The notes under the pieces were generated by a model. That model searched no databases, had not been told where the DNA came from, and was given only the letters and a program-made list of their open reading frames with translations. A DNA stretch of 64,000 nt, taken from IMG/VR virus record IMGVR_UViG_3300023184_000035, positions 1 to 64,000 of that record; one strand, given 5' to 3'. This document shows positions 48,477 through 58,145 of the stretch, one piece after another. A program made the position numbers and the translations under genes. How positions within the stretch are numbered: position 1 is the first letter of the stretch; every line of letters begins with the position of its first letter. The DNA comes from a virus.

Positions 48477-51400
48477 CAAGTGACTCCTGTGCCGTTGATA
48501 AACCAAGTGTTGGTAGCCACTTTCATAATGGTGGCCATTCCGTATGTGCTGACAACTCTGTTGCCTGCGGTTGAGTTACCAGCAAAGTAAAGTGTTGTGC
48601 CTGCTTGTGTGACCACCAGCACATTGCCTGCTGCCTGCACTACTAGGCTGAGTGCTGTGCCCACAGGGAATGCCACGTTGGCATTGTCTGGTAAGGTCAG
48701 TGCTAAGTTGCCAGCTGTGGTTGAATAGTAGTGTTTGCCAGCATCGGTTAGTGCTGCTGTGGCATTGGCAGAAAAACTCACCTGTGGAATATCTCTGTAA
48801 CCAATGGCAAATCCAGCTGTGTTGCCTGAAATGTTACCTGTACCAGATATAATGCCTGTGCCAAACAGTATGTTGCCACCTGTTATATTGCCAGTGCCAC
48901 TCACAATGCCTGTGCCAAATAACACGTTGCCACCAGTGATGTTGCCTGTGCCACTCACGATGCCTGTGCCAAACAGTATGTTGCCACCAGTGATATTGCC
49001 TGTAGTTGACACAGTAGTTCCAGTTACATTGCCAACGTGTGTGCCAAGTATATTGCCACCTGAAATATTGGCAGTGGTGGTGATGTTGGCAGCACTGACC
49101 AGAGCACTAACAACATTACTAGATAAACTCAATCCAGCTGCATTCAAGTTGCCACCAGTGATATTGCCTGTAGTTGACACTGTTGTGCCAGTTACATTGC
49201 CCACATGCGTTCCAAGTATATTGCCACCTGAAATATTGGCAGTGGTGGTGATGTTGGCAGCACTGACCAGAGCACTTACAACATTACCACTGAGGCTCAA
49301 TCCTGCACCGTTCAGTGTATTGGCACTGGTGATGTTACCTAAGGCACTTATGGTGCCGCCAGTGATGCCTGGACCAACTCTGATGTCCAGGGCTATGACA
49401 TTGCCTGTGGTAGAAATATTACCACCTGTGTTGATATTACCACCTGTGACATTGCCTGTGGCCGAAACTGTGTTGGTGGACAACAGCACACCTGACACTG
49501 CAATGTTACCACCAGTGATATTGCCGGTGCCTGACACTGTGCCAGTAGCAAATGCCACATTACCATTGAATGTTGCACCATTCACATTGCCGCCGGTGCT
49601 GATCACACCCGATCCTGCCAATATGTTGCCACCTGTGATGTTGCCGGTAGTGCTTATGGGATTTGTGCCCAGCGCAGCCAAGTTGGCCACTACGTTGGCA
49701 TTGCCATAAGAACCTGTGATTCCTGTCAATTGACTACCATTACCCAGTATGTAACTGCCTGTGATGTTGCCAGCCACACTTATAGCATTGCCGTAAGTGA
49801 TTTCTTTTGAAGTGGCATTGTAGAACATCACATTGCCAATGTTGGCCACATCATTGCGCACCGGTGCCACAGTGAATGTGTTGGCAGTGGTCTGATTCAG
49901 GTTAGCGCCAGTGGCGTTCAGAATGATTGAGTTATTGCCTTGTGAGGTTGCACCAGCGTATGCACCAATAGCCACTGCTGCATTGCCTTGATTGGTATTG
50001 CCGGCATACACACCAATGGCCACTGCATTTGCGCTTTGCAAGTTAAAGCCAGCCTGGCTGCCAATGGCTATTGCTGAAAAACCTTGTGTGAATTGACCAG
50101 CACTGGCACCAATAGCTATAGCTTGATCAGATTGTGTAACTCCACCAGCTGTGTCGCCAATTCCTATCGAGTATCGACCTTGTGTATCATAACCAGCGGC
50201 TGCACCAACTGCCACAGAGTTATTGCCTTGTGTGGTCTTGCCAGCCCACCAACCAACTGCTACTGCAAAATTCTTTTGTGTAGTTGCACCAGCTTCTCGT
50301 CCAAATGCTACTGCATTGGCAACGGTGTTTGTAATTGTTGCACCGTTTGTGAGTGTGATCATGCCAGTGCTGATGTTGCCGCCGGTGATGTTGCCAGCCA
50401 CACTTATAGCATTACCATAAGTGACTTCTTTTGTGGTGGCATTGTAAAACATCACATTGGCAATATTGGCCACATCATTGCGCACTGGTGCCACAGTGAA
50501 TGTGTTGGCTGTGGTTTGATTTAAGGCCACACCTGTGGCGTTCAGAATGATTGAGTTATTGCCTTGTGAGGTTGCACCAGCGTATGCACCAATAGCCACT
50601 GCTGCATTGCCTTGTGAGGATTCGCCAGCTGACTCACCAACTGCTACTGCACTATTGCCTTGTGAGACATAACCAGCACTGGCTCCAACTGCCACTGCTG
50701 CATTGCCTTGTGCAGTATTGCCAGCATAAGATCCTATGGCCACTGCTATAGAACCTTGATTGGAAAATCCAGCCTGGGTACCAATTGCTATTGCATTGGC
50801 ACTTTGATTGGACGACCCAGAATCAGTGCCAATTGCCACGGCATTGATACCCTGATCTTGATAACCAGAATGATCGCCCACGGCCACTGCTGAGTTGCCT
50901 TGTAAATTTTGACCTGCAGCATAACCAATGGCCACAGCGGCAGTGCCTTGTGGCTGCCAGGCAGTCCATTCAGTGCCTGGGTCAGGAGTTCCGGTAATGG
51001 CCTGACTGAGGTCTAAAAATTCACCAGTCGGGTCAATGTTCACAACAAAAGTGTCATCCGGCACAAATTCGCCAGTTATGCGCTGTCCAATTCTGATGTC
51101 TGCGTTTGGAGAGATTGTTATCGCAGTGCCACTGCCGCTCTGGTATAGTATACCAAATGTGGTGCCTGCAGCACCAGCACTATCACCAATAGCCACTGCC
51201 GTGATGCCCTGGAAATTTTGACCAGCAGCATAACCAATGGCCACAGCGGCAGGTAGTTGATTGTAGAGCCCAGCCCAATAACCAACAGCCACAGAATTGG
51301 CACCTTGTGAGGTATTGCCGGACAGTTCACCAATGGCCACAGCCGACGAACCTTGTGCATACGAAGCTGCATTGGCACCAATTGCCACTGCTGATAATTG

Positions 51401-52915
51401 TTGACTGACTAGACCAGCACCATAACCAATGGCCACGGCCTGTTCACCTTGACCACTGGTCCCGGCTGTGTTACCAATGGCCACAGAGAAGCGTCCTTGA
51501 CTGAATTGTCCGGCCTTTTGCCCAATGGCCACAGCGTCTTCACCTTGAACATTGTATCCGGCGTCTTCGCCAATGGCCACTGCACGGGTACCTTGTTGGT
51601 AGTAACCCGCCTTGTAGCCCACGGCCACAGCATTGACAGCTTGAGTAAACTCACCAGCATTGGCGCCCACAGCCACTGCATTGGCACTTTGATTGCTATA
51701 ACCAGCAAACTCACCAACAGCCACTGTTCTTATGCTTTGATTCTGCCGACCAGCTGAATAACCAATGGCCACTGCACCATCAGCCTGGAAAGAATATCCT
51801 GCTTGATAACCAACGGCTGTGGAGTATGGACCTTGTCCTATGGTGAATACAAGACTTGCACCATCTGTCAGCGGCGCTGTGGGATACTGATTCAATGTCA
51901 CAACACTGCATCCTGCGCTCTGCACAAATGTGTTGGCAGGAATGTCGGTTCCAGTGACTCGCATTGGGTATACCAAGTTGCTGGCGTCGTTGACGCCGAT
52001 CACAAGGCCCACAAATGTCAAAGAGTCACCAGATGACATGGCTGCTGTGTAGTTTGGAGTGATATCAACTCGGTCTTCGCCAGGGAATATGCCTGTGACC
52101 ACTGTGTTGGCCTGAATGTTGTTGCCAAATACTAGTTGGCTGACCGCAATATTGGCAGTGCTGGCCACATACAATCTGCTGGGCTGAGGTGCTAATACCC
52201 CAGGGGTATAAGTTGTGACCGGTCCTGATCCGCCTTGGGCATCGCTCACACTTCGGTACAAGGTTCCACCAACACCAGCTTGATATCCAATGGCCACACC
52301 GCGGCTTTGATTTTGGTATCCAGCTTGGTAACCAATGGCAATGGAATCTTCACCTTGATACAGACTGCCAGCACTAGAACCAATGGCCACAGCGTGTTGG
52401 GCTTGACTGGTATTACCGGCATTTTGCCCAAACGCCACACTGTCACCTGACGTGTCGTTGAGTAAAGCACCATTGGGCAATGTTATTTTATGATTTAATC
52501 CAAAAGACCATTGTTCTGAGCCGTTGGTAGAGACATAAGCACCTGTGTTATCGACCCACATCCAATTGAGTTCATCATTACTGCCCAATTCTGCATAACC
52601 GCCTGGCCCTGCTATTAAATCAACACCGCCACCAGCATAAGAACCAATTTTACTATTACCGGGTAATGTTAAATTACCAGTTGTGCCAAAGGTCCATACA
52701 CTGTTGGCACTGGCTGATTGTATTGTGACATTACCGTCACTGGTGGCTATGTTGATAATGCTGTTGCCATTGGCAATGGGCAATCCGCCACCAAAATAGT
52801 TGGTTAAATTTGCCCCGGTGATCTGATATGTGACGCCACCTGCCACAACAGGGATTTCAGCGGCGTCTGTCATTGTTGTCAGACTTGGTAGTTGGGAGAT
52901 TTTTACGTTTGCCAT
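48476..52915 (-). CDS. long tail fibre/adhesin with YadA-like AVAIG repeats
   Basis: MANVKISQL start; dozens of 15-aa AVAIG..AG...Q repeats; GNITGGN repeats. Confidence 0.88.
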   Translation of the reverse strand: MANVKISQLPSLTTMTDAAEIPVVAGGVTYQITGANLTNYFGGGLPIANGNSIINIATSDGNVTIQSASANSVWTFGTTGNLTLPGNSKIGSYAGGGVDLIAGPGGYAELGSNDELNWMWVDNTGAYVSTNGSEQWSFGLNHKITLPNGALLNDTSGDSVAFGQNAGNTSQAQHAVAIGSSAGSLYQGEDSIAIGYQAGYQNQSRGVAIGYQAGVGGTLYRSVSDAQGGSGPVTTYTPGVLAPQPSRLYVASTANIAVSQLVFGNNIQANTVVTGIFPGEDRVDITPNYTAAMSSGDSLTFVGLVIGVNDASNLVYPMRVTGTDIPANTFVQSAGCSVVTLNQYPTAPLTDGASLVFTIGQGPYSTAVGYQAGYSFQADGAVAIGYSAGRQNQSIRTVAVGEFAGYSNQSANAVAVGANAGEFTQAVNAVAVGYKAGYYQQGTRAVAIGEDAGYNVQGEDAVAIGQKAGQFSQGRFSVAIGNTAGTSGQGEQAVAIGYGAGLVSQQLSAVAIGANAASYAQGSSAVAIGELSGNTSQGANSVAVGYWAGLYNQLPAAVAIGYAAGQNFQGITAVAIGDSAGAAGTTFGILYQSGSGTAITISPNADIRIGQRITGEFVPDDTFVVNIDPTGEFLDLSQAITGTPDPGTEWTAWQPQGTAAVAIGYAAGQNLQGNSAVAVGDHSGYQDQGINAVAIGTDSGSSNQSANAIAIGTQAGFSNQGSIAVAIGSYAGNTAQGNAAVAVGASAGYVSQGNSAVAVGESAGESSQGNAAVAIGAYAGATSQGNNSIILNATGVALNQTTANTFTVAPVRNDVANIANVMFYNATTKEVTYGNAISVAGNITGGNISTGMITLTNGATITNTVANAVAFGREAGATTQKNFAVAVGWWAGKTTQGNNSVAVGAAAGYDTQGRYSIGIGDTAGGVTQSDQAIAIGASAGQFTQGFSAIAIGSQAGFNLQSANAVAIGVYAGNTNQGNAAVAIGAYAGATSQGNNSIILNATGANLNQTTANTFTVAPVRNDVANIGNVMFYNATSKEITYGNAISVAGNITGSYILGNGSQLTGITGSYGNANVVANLAALGTNPISTTGNITGGNILAGSGVISTGGNVNGATFNGNVAFATGTVSGTGNITGGNIAVSGVLLSTNTVSATGNVTGGNINTGGNISTTGNVIALDIRVGPGITGGTISALGNITSANTLNGAGLSLSGNVVSALVSAANITTTANISGGNILGTHVGNVTGTTVSTTGNITGGNLNAAGLSLSSNVVSALVSAANITTTANISGGNILGTHVGNVTGTTVSTTGNITGGNILFGTGIVSGTGNITGGNVLFGTGIVSGTGNITGGNILFGTGIISGTGNISGNTAGFAIGYRDIPQVSFSANATAALTDAGKHYYSTTAGNLALTLPDNANVAFPVGTALSLVVQAAGNVLVVTQAGTTLYFAGNSTAGNRVVSTYGMATIMKVATNTWFINGTGVT

Positions 52916-52925
52916 GTTGTTTTTG

Positions 52926-53066
52926 TTATTCCGTTGTTAAATCATCACCAGATTCGGTTTGTAAATCAAATCCGTCTTCTGTGATGATCAGCAGGATGGG
53001 AATAGGCTCTGAACCTATAAAGATTCCAGGGCCTATAAAGATTCCGGGTCCGATTTCTATATCCAT
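52926..53066 (-). CDS. small tail-associated protein (46 aa, not in ORF track)
   Basis: MDIEIGPGIFIGPGIFIG...ITEDGFDLQTESGDDLTTE; AGGA SD and TAAATA upstream. Confidence 0.75.
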   Translation of the reverse strand: MDIEIGPGIFIGPGIFIGSEPIPILLIITEDGFDLQTESGDDLTTE

Positions 53067-53097
53067 GCTTTTTCCTGCTCTTTGTATTTATGCGGCC

Positions 53098-53125
53098 AAA
53101 AAAATAGCACCCCAGGGGGTGCTAT
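53098..53125 (-). terminator. rho-independent terminator of the porin transcript
   Basis: ATAGCACCC/GGGTGCTAT stem followed by T7 on the minus strand. Confidence 0.8.
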
Positions 53126-53185
53126 CCAAGCTGGTTACGAGTTCCAGCGCCGCTCTATCGTTGCGGTCGGTTTATCTAATGCTGA

Positions 53186-54337
53186 TCAGAAGCGGAACTG
53201 CATGCCAATCGCCACAGCGTGTTGGGCATACTTGCTGTCTGAGTATGTTGATCCGTCTGCATTGGGAATCCAACGATCATAGATTGTGAATGGTGAAACT
53301 GCACCACTAGCACGATCAGCTCTTACATAATCAATAAAGATTTCTGTACGCTTATCAAATGCGTAGGTAGCACCAACAGCAGCCATTTTCACATTGTCAA
53401 TACCGGCAGTGATTTTATCTGTCACACTGTAGTAACCACCGTTCAGGCTCACACGGTCCGAAACTTTGTACTTGGCACCAACAAACCATGTGTCTGCGTC
53501 TGTCTTACCATTTGCATAGCTTGAGCTAGAGTAGTATGTGGTCTGTGACGTTGGGTTACGTGTTTCTGCATAGCCTGCGTTTAGTGTCAATGCAGGAGTA
53601 ACAGCATATTTGGCAGCAACCAAGTCAATGTTTTCGCTGACTACTGTATTGCTCAAACGTGCTTCTTCGTGTGTGTATGCTAGATCCAATGGACCATCAG
53701 TGTAACGAACACCTGCGTTGTAGCTGGACTTGTAGCTGGTGTCACCCAATTGGTTGCCGGCTGCGTATGCATAATCAAACTTCAAACCACCAAAACTGGG
53801 TGATGTGTAACGAATCATGTTGTCAAATCTGCTAACACCTGAACCTGAGTAGAAACCAGCATAACGAGCTACTGATTTAGCACCACCAAAGTTCCAGTTA
53901 CCACGTGAGTCAAACTCATCAAGTACGTTGTACAAGAAGTTCTTGCCACGACCCAATTGTAATTGGCCGTATTCTTTGTTGCTTAGTGCCACGTTGGCTT
54001 CACGGTCAAACAATGTTGTGCCTGCTGAACCTGTTGCGCCAGAGTCTTTACCGGCTGCACCAGTACGTGCGCTGAAGTTACCTTCCATTTGGAAGCTGGC
54101 CTTGAAGCCGTCACCCAGGTCCTGTGAACCTTTGAAGCCAAAGCGATTGCTGTTGTGTAGTTGTTCACCTACACCTGAAAAGTCTTGATTGCTAGAACCA
54201 AAACCACTTCCACTGACTGCGCCAACACCAATAACACCATACAATTCTGTATTGCGAGCTGCGTCCTGTGCCTGTGCTGCGCTGGTAGCGATACCAACGG
54301 TCAACAATGCGGCTAGAACAATTTTTGTAAATTTCAT
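53186..54337 (-). CDS. Gram-negative trimeric porin (betaproteobacterial type)
   Basis: Signal peptide, LYG, RFGFKGSQDLG.G.KA.F..E, FDREA.V.L, Y.FDKRT, C-terminal F. Confidence 0.92.
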   Translation of the reverse strand: MKFTKIVLAALLTVGIATSAAQAQDAARNTELYGVIGVGAVSGSGFGSSNQDFSGVGEQLHNSNRFGFKGSQDLGDGFKASFQMEGNFSARTGAAGKDSGATGSAGTTLFDREANVALSNKEYGQLQLGRGKNFLYNVLDEFDSRGNWNFGGAKSVARYAGFYSGSGVSRFDNMIRYTSPSFGGLKFDYAYAAGNQLGDTSYKSSYNAGVRYTDGPLDLAYTHEEARLSNTVVSENIDLVAAKYAVTPALTLNAGYAETRNPTSQTTYYSSSSYANGKTDADTWFVGAKYKVSDRVSLNGGYYSVTDKITAGIDNVKMAAVGATYAFDKRTEIFIDYVRADRASGAVSPFTIYDRWIPNADGSTYSDSKYAQHAVAIGMQFRF

Positions 54338-54365
54338 AGTTTCTCCTTTTTAATTTACTCTTAAT

Positions 54366-54393
54366 AGTATAACATATTATGTAGCTTTGTCAA
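54366..54393 (-). promoter_or_regulatory. sigma70-type promoter of the porin
   Basis: Minus strand TTGACA-16 nt-TATACT with extended TG. Confidence 0.65.
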
Positions 54394-54404
54394 GCCTGCA
54401 TAAT

Positions 54405-55421
54405 TTATTTCTTGATCTGTGTCCAAACGTCACTGCGGATGCGATCCGTTAGTGATTTTGGCAATGGCACGTAATCAAGATCAGCAGCCATTTTACCACC
54501 ATTCACAAATGCCCAGTCAAAGAACTTGATGGTTTCTTGGCTGTTCTTTGCATTTTTTGGTTCACGGTACATCAACACAAATGTTGCGCCTGTGATGGGC
54601 CATGATTGTGCGCCCTTTTGATTTACCAAACTGATACCCATGCCTGGAACTGAGAACCAGTCTGCACCCTTGGCAGCTGACGCAAACGTTTCATCATCAG
54701 GTTCCACCCACTTGCCATCGCGATTTTGCAATTTAACATGGGTCATTTTGTTCTTTTTAGCATAAGCATATTCCACGTATCCAATTGAATTCTTCACACG
54801 ACTCACATTGGCTGCAACACCCTCGTTGCCCTTGCCACCCACACTACTGGTAGCAGGCCATTTGACAGCGGCACCCCGGCCAACTTCTTCTTTCCAAACG
54901 GCGCTGACTTCAGTCAAGTAGTCTGTGAAAATAAATGTTGTTCCTGACCCATCTGCACGATGCACCACTGTGATGTTGGCATCGGGCAATTTTACTTTGG
55001 GATTTAACTCTTGAATACGTCGGTCATTCCACATAACAATGTGACCAACAAATATCTTGGCCAAGACTTCACCAGTTAACTGTAACTCGCCAGGTTTAAC
55101 GCCTTCTACATTGATCACAGGAACAACACCGCCCAGCACTGTGGGGAATTGTACAAGTCCTGCGGCTGTTAAATCATCACCTTTAAGGGGTGCATCTGTT
55201 GCGCCAAAGTCCACTGTGGCTGCTTTGATTTGCTTGATACCACCTGAACTGCCAATGCTTTGATAGTTAAGTTCAATGCCAGCTTTTTCCTTGTATGCTT
55301 CTGACCACTTGCTATAAATGGGAAAGGGGAAGGTTGCGCCTGCCCCTGTGATTGTTTCTGAATTTGCCTGCGGGCTCATCAAATACAATGACGCCGCAAT
55401 TACTGCTAAGATTTTTTTCAT
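54405..55421 (-). CDS. pstS: phosphate-binding protein PstS
   Basis: GAGATFP, YQSIGSSGG, DFGATD, RADGSGTT, IGYVE, WPI. Confidence 0.97.
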   Translation of the reverse strand: MKKILAVIAASLYLMSPQANSETITGAGATFPFPIYSKWSEAYKEKAGIELNYQSIGSSGGIKQIKAATVDFGATDAPLKGDDLTAAGLVQFPTVLGGVVPVINVEGVKPGELQLTGEVLAKIFVGHIVMWNDRRIQELNPKVKLPDANITVVHRADGSGTTFIFTDYLTEVSAVWKEEVGRGAAVKWPATSSVGGKGNEGVAANVSRVKNSIGYVEYAYAKKNKMTHVKLQNRDGKWVEPDDETFASAAKGADWFSVPGMGISLVNQKGAQSWPITGATFVLMYREPKNAKNSQETIKFFDWAFVNGGKMAADLDYVPLPKSLTDRIRSDVWTQIKK

Positions 55422-55473
55422 GTGTTTGTTCCTTTGTGAATGTGCAATGCACAAATTATTTAAACACAAAGAT

Positions 55474-55502
55474 GTTACAGTAGTGTTACAGTTTCTTGAC
55501 TG
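55474..55502 (-). promoter_or_regulatory. Pho box upstream of pstS
   Basis: Minus strand CAGTCAA-GAAA-CTGTAAC-ACTA-CTGTAAC, then 9 nt, then TTTAAATAA. Confidence 0.85.
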
Positions 55503-55638
55503 ATTTGTTCTTTTTGACAGGACCAGTTGATTTGGCTTCTTCCAGCATGCGCTCTGTGGCGGGAGTGTTTTGGGGAGGATGATATACGTGGGGTTTCGGG
55601 GGTTCGTGCCGTCTTGGGGCTCGCTTAAACCAACTCAT
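55486..55638 (-). CDS. small basic protein (50 aa, not in ORF track)
   Basis: AAGGA SD; MSWFKRAPRRHEPPKPH...KSVKKL; stop lies inside the Pho box. Confidence 0.55.
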   Translation of the reverse strand: MSWFKRAPRRHEPPKPHVYHPPQNTPATERMLEEAKSTGPVKKNKSVKKL

Positions 55639-55697
55639 AGGCGTTTCCTTTGCAGGTTAAAATACTTATTACATGTGTTTGAGATATAAACTCCCAG

Positions 55698-56903
55698 TTA
55701 TTGCTGGTTTATAAGTTCTTCAATTTGAGCAAGATGTTGCCCTGTACAGTGTTGTTGCATTGTGCGCATGGCATGATCCATGTTTGCTTTGTATTCATTT
55801 ATGACTTGATCATGCAACCCATTGAAAAATCGCTGTTTGTTACGCTTGGCAATGGCATTCAACTTGATGTAAAGTTGATTTTTTGATTCAAGACTCATTG
55901 AAGAAATCCTGGTCATTTCTGCAATCACAGCCTGCAATCTCTGTCGGTGATTGACAATTTGATCATAACTCTCGTCAATCAATTCACCAAAAGTTTCAAA
56001 TCCGTATTGTTTTAAATATTGTAAACTTCCTGGAGTGGCCATCAATATAAAAGGTTTGCCACAGGCAATGGGTCGCAAAGTTTTTTCAGTCAAGTGCCAG
56101 CGATGATCATCAAACACCGTCTCCAGCACAACTTCAATGCCAGTGGTAGCATAATCTTCACTGCAATAGTCTGCGCTGGCCGCAGAGTCATGTGTATTGA
56201 GTCTCAGCTCATCGTGCAGATTGTAGTTGACAATTTTAAACTGATCATTTGCAAATTGATGGGTGCTGTAATGCTCGCCGTCTTCGGGATCAAAGCTGAT
56301 GTTGCAATATTGTTCTAGTCTGTTGGCCAATAGTTGTTCCGCAAAACACAGTCGATATTCTCTAGTGCCAGCCCAGGCCCGATTGTAGATCAAAAAATCT
56401 TGTTGGATCGTTGACAGGTCAAACTCCAGCATGGGATCATGTTCAGCATACCTAAACCAATCTTGTGCAATCACAGCATGGCTCCAGTAGTAAACAGGAA
56501 CAAATCCACACTGTGCAAAAACATCAACTTCTGCACTGTGCCATTCAGAATGCACCAAAATTGTAAGATCGTACTGATTCACACAACATGTTATTCCTCT
56601 AAAATGTTGCCGGGACAAGTAGTCCAGCACTGAATTGGCCAACATTGCTGGCCGATTATCACGCAAGAACAACATCTCTGCACAATTCTTTATTTGTTCT
56701 GCGGAGTAAAAAGCATGATTCAATGGTTCTTGATCATGAAATACAGCAATTGGACTGTGATACCATTTGACTTCTGGGTAATTCATCAGTTGGTCCAGAT
56801 CTTCAAGTTTTCTTGAGCCATGTGGTGCCCAGCGATAAATTAGTAAATCATGGTTGACACAGTCAGCCAAATAGTGATATAATCTGTCTAAAGGAACACT
56901 CAT
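55698..56903 (-). CDS. GT10-like putative glycosyltransferase, copy 4
   Basis: LTEKTLRPIACGKPFIL..GFETF..IDESYD; probable start MSVPLDRLY. Confidence 0.6.
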   Translation of the reverse strand: MSVPLDRLYHYLADCVNHDLLIYRWAPHGSRKLEDLDQLMNYPEVKWYHSPIAVFHDQEPLNHAFYSAEQIKNCAEMLFLRDNRPAMLANSVLDYLSRQHFRGITCCVNQYDLTILVHSEWHSAEVDVFAQCGFVPVYYWSHAVIAQDWFRYAEHDPMLEFDLSTIQQDFLIYNRAWAGTREYRLCFAEQLLANRLEQYCNISFDPEDGEHYSTHQFANDQFKIVNYNLHDELRLNTHDSAASADYCSEDYATTGIEVVLETVFDDHRWHLTEKTLRPIACGKPFILMATPGSLQYLKQYGFETFGELIDESYDQIVNHRQRLQAVIAEMTRISSMSLESKNQLYIKLNAIAKRNKQRFFNGLHDQVINEYKANMDHAMRTMQQHCTGQHLAQIEELINQQ

Positions 56904-58145
56904 ATGAAAAAAATTGGTTTTATTGGGATTGGCAAGTTGGGTCTCGATTGTGCAGAAGTCATGGCTGAGAAGCATGAAGTACGGGGTTACGATATTTACC
57001 CACGCTCTAGCGACTCAGTAAAAGTCTGTGGCATTGACGAGCTAGTGAACGAAAGCGAATGGATCTTTATTGCTGTGCCCACACCACATGCACCAGGCTA
57101 CGATGGATCAGTGCCCAGCAGCCACATGGAGCCTCGAGACTTTGGGCATGACGCTGTGATTGATGCTATTAAGAATGTGAACCGGTATGCAACCACACCC
57201 AAAAAGGTTGTGTTGATCAGTACTGTATTACCAGGTACCACACGCAAACACTTTTATCCATTACTGGATTCAAAACATCAGTTCCTGTACAACCCTTACT
57301 TGATTGCCATGGGCAGTGTGAAGTGGGATATGATTAATCCTGAAATGGTCATGATTGGAACAGAAGATGGCAACCCCAATGCCTTGGCAGGTGAACTAAT
57401 AGACCTGTACAAGACCATCATGGCGAACGATCCACGTTACGAAATTGGCACCTGGGACGAATGCGAAGCCATCAAGATCTTCTACAACACATTCATCTCT
57501 GCCAAAGTTGGCTTGGTCAACATGATTCAAGACTTTGCACTACGCATTGGCAACATCAATGTTGATGTAGTTACAGATGCTCTAGCACGTAGCACCATGC
57601 GTATCATGGGACCCAAGTACATGACAGCAGGCATGGGCGATGCAGGTGCATGTCATCCCAGAGACAACATTGCCCTGCGTTGGTTGGCCAAGGAATACAA
57701 CATTGGATATGACTTGTTTGACACTGTGATGCATGCACGTGAAGTGCAGGCCAAGAACTTGGCCATGTACTTGTTGGACCTGAGTGTGATGAACAACGAT
57801 ATGCCCATTGTGATCCATGGCAAAGCATACAAGCCTGATGTTGAGTATTGCATTGGATCTTACTCAACACTTGTGGGACACTACATTGAACAAGAAGGCC
57901 GTCAAGTTGTATACGTTGATCCCTTGGCAGATGATCCCACTAATGTTGTGGCCACTGTGGACACTCCGGCAATCTTTTTGTGGGCACACAACCGCAAAAT
58001 CACATACGAATACACAGGTGATCAATTGGACACACTGCCCTACTGCAACATCATGTCAGGCAGTATCATTGTTGATCCATGGCGCAAACTAACATCAACT
58101 CCCGAGGTCGAAGTTGTCCACTACGGTAACACCCGAGTTCATTAA
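56904..58145 (+). CDS. ugd: UDP-glucose/GDP-mannose 6-dehydrogenase
   Basis: GIGKLG, IAVPTP, STVLPGT, E.IK..YN, GACHPRD, AYKP. Confidence 0.9.
   Translation: MKKIGFIGIGKLGLDCAEVMAEKHEVRGYDIYPRSSDSVKVCGIDELVNESEWIFIAVPTPHAPGYDGSVPSSHMEPRDFGHDAVIDAIKNVNRYATTPKKVVLISTVLPGTTRKHFYPLLDSKHQFLYNPYLIAMGSVKWDMINPEMVMIGTEDGNPNALAGELIDLYKTIMANDPRYEIGTWDECEAIKIFYNTFISAKVGLVNMIQDFALRIGNINVDVVTDALARSTMRIMGPKYMTAGMGDAGACHPRDNIALRWLAKEYNIGYDLFDTVMHAREVQAKNLAMYLLDLSVMNNDMPIVIHGKAYKPDVEYCIGSYSTLVGHYIEQEGRQVVYVDPLADDPTNVVATVDTPAIFLWAHNRKITYEYTGDQLDTLPYCNIMSGSIIVDPWRKLTSTPEVEVVHYGNTRVH

Noticed and set aside
48804-49709. Long plus-strand ORFs opposite the tail fibres (also 8561-9091)
   Set aside because: They are antisense shadows of repetitive Gly/Asn/Thr codons (LPPV repeats) with no start signals
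47769-52915. Diversity-generating retroelement acting on tail genes
   Set aside because: There is no reverse transcriptase in the window, and the repeat differences are not adenine-specific
53135-53188. Read-through extension of the porin (open for 16 codons after TGA)
   Set aside because: It would bury the C-terminal Phe needed for outer-membrane assembly, and an open stretch this short is expected by chance
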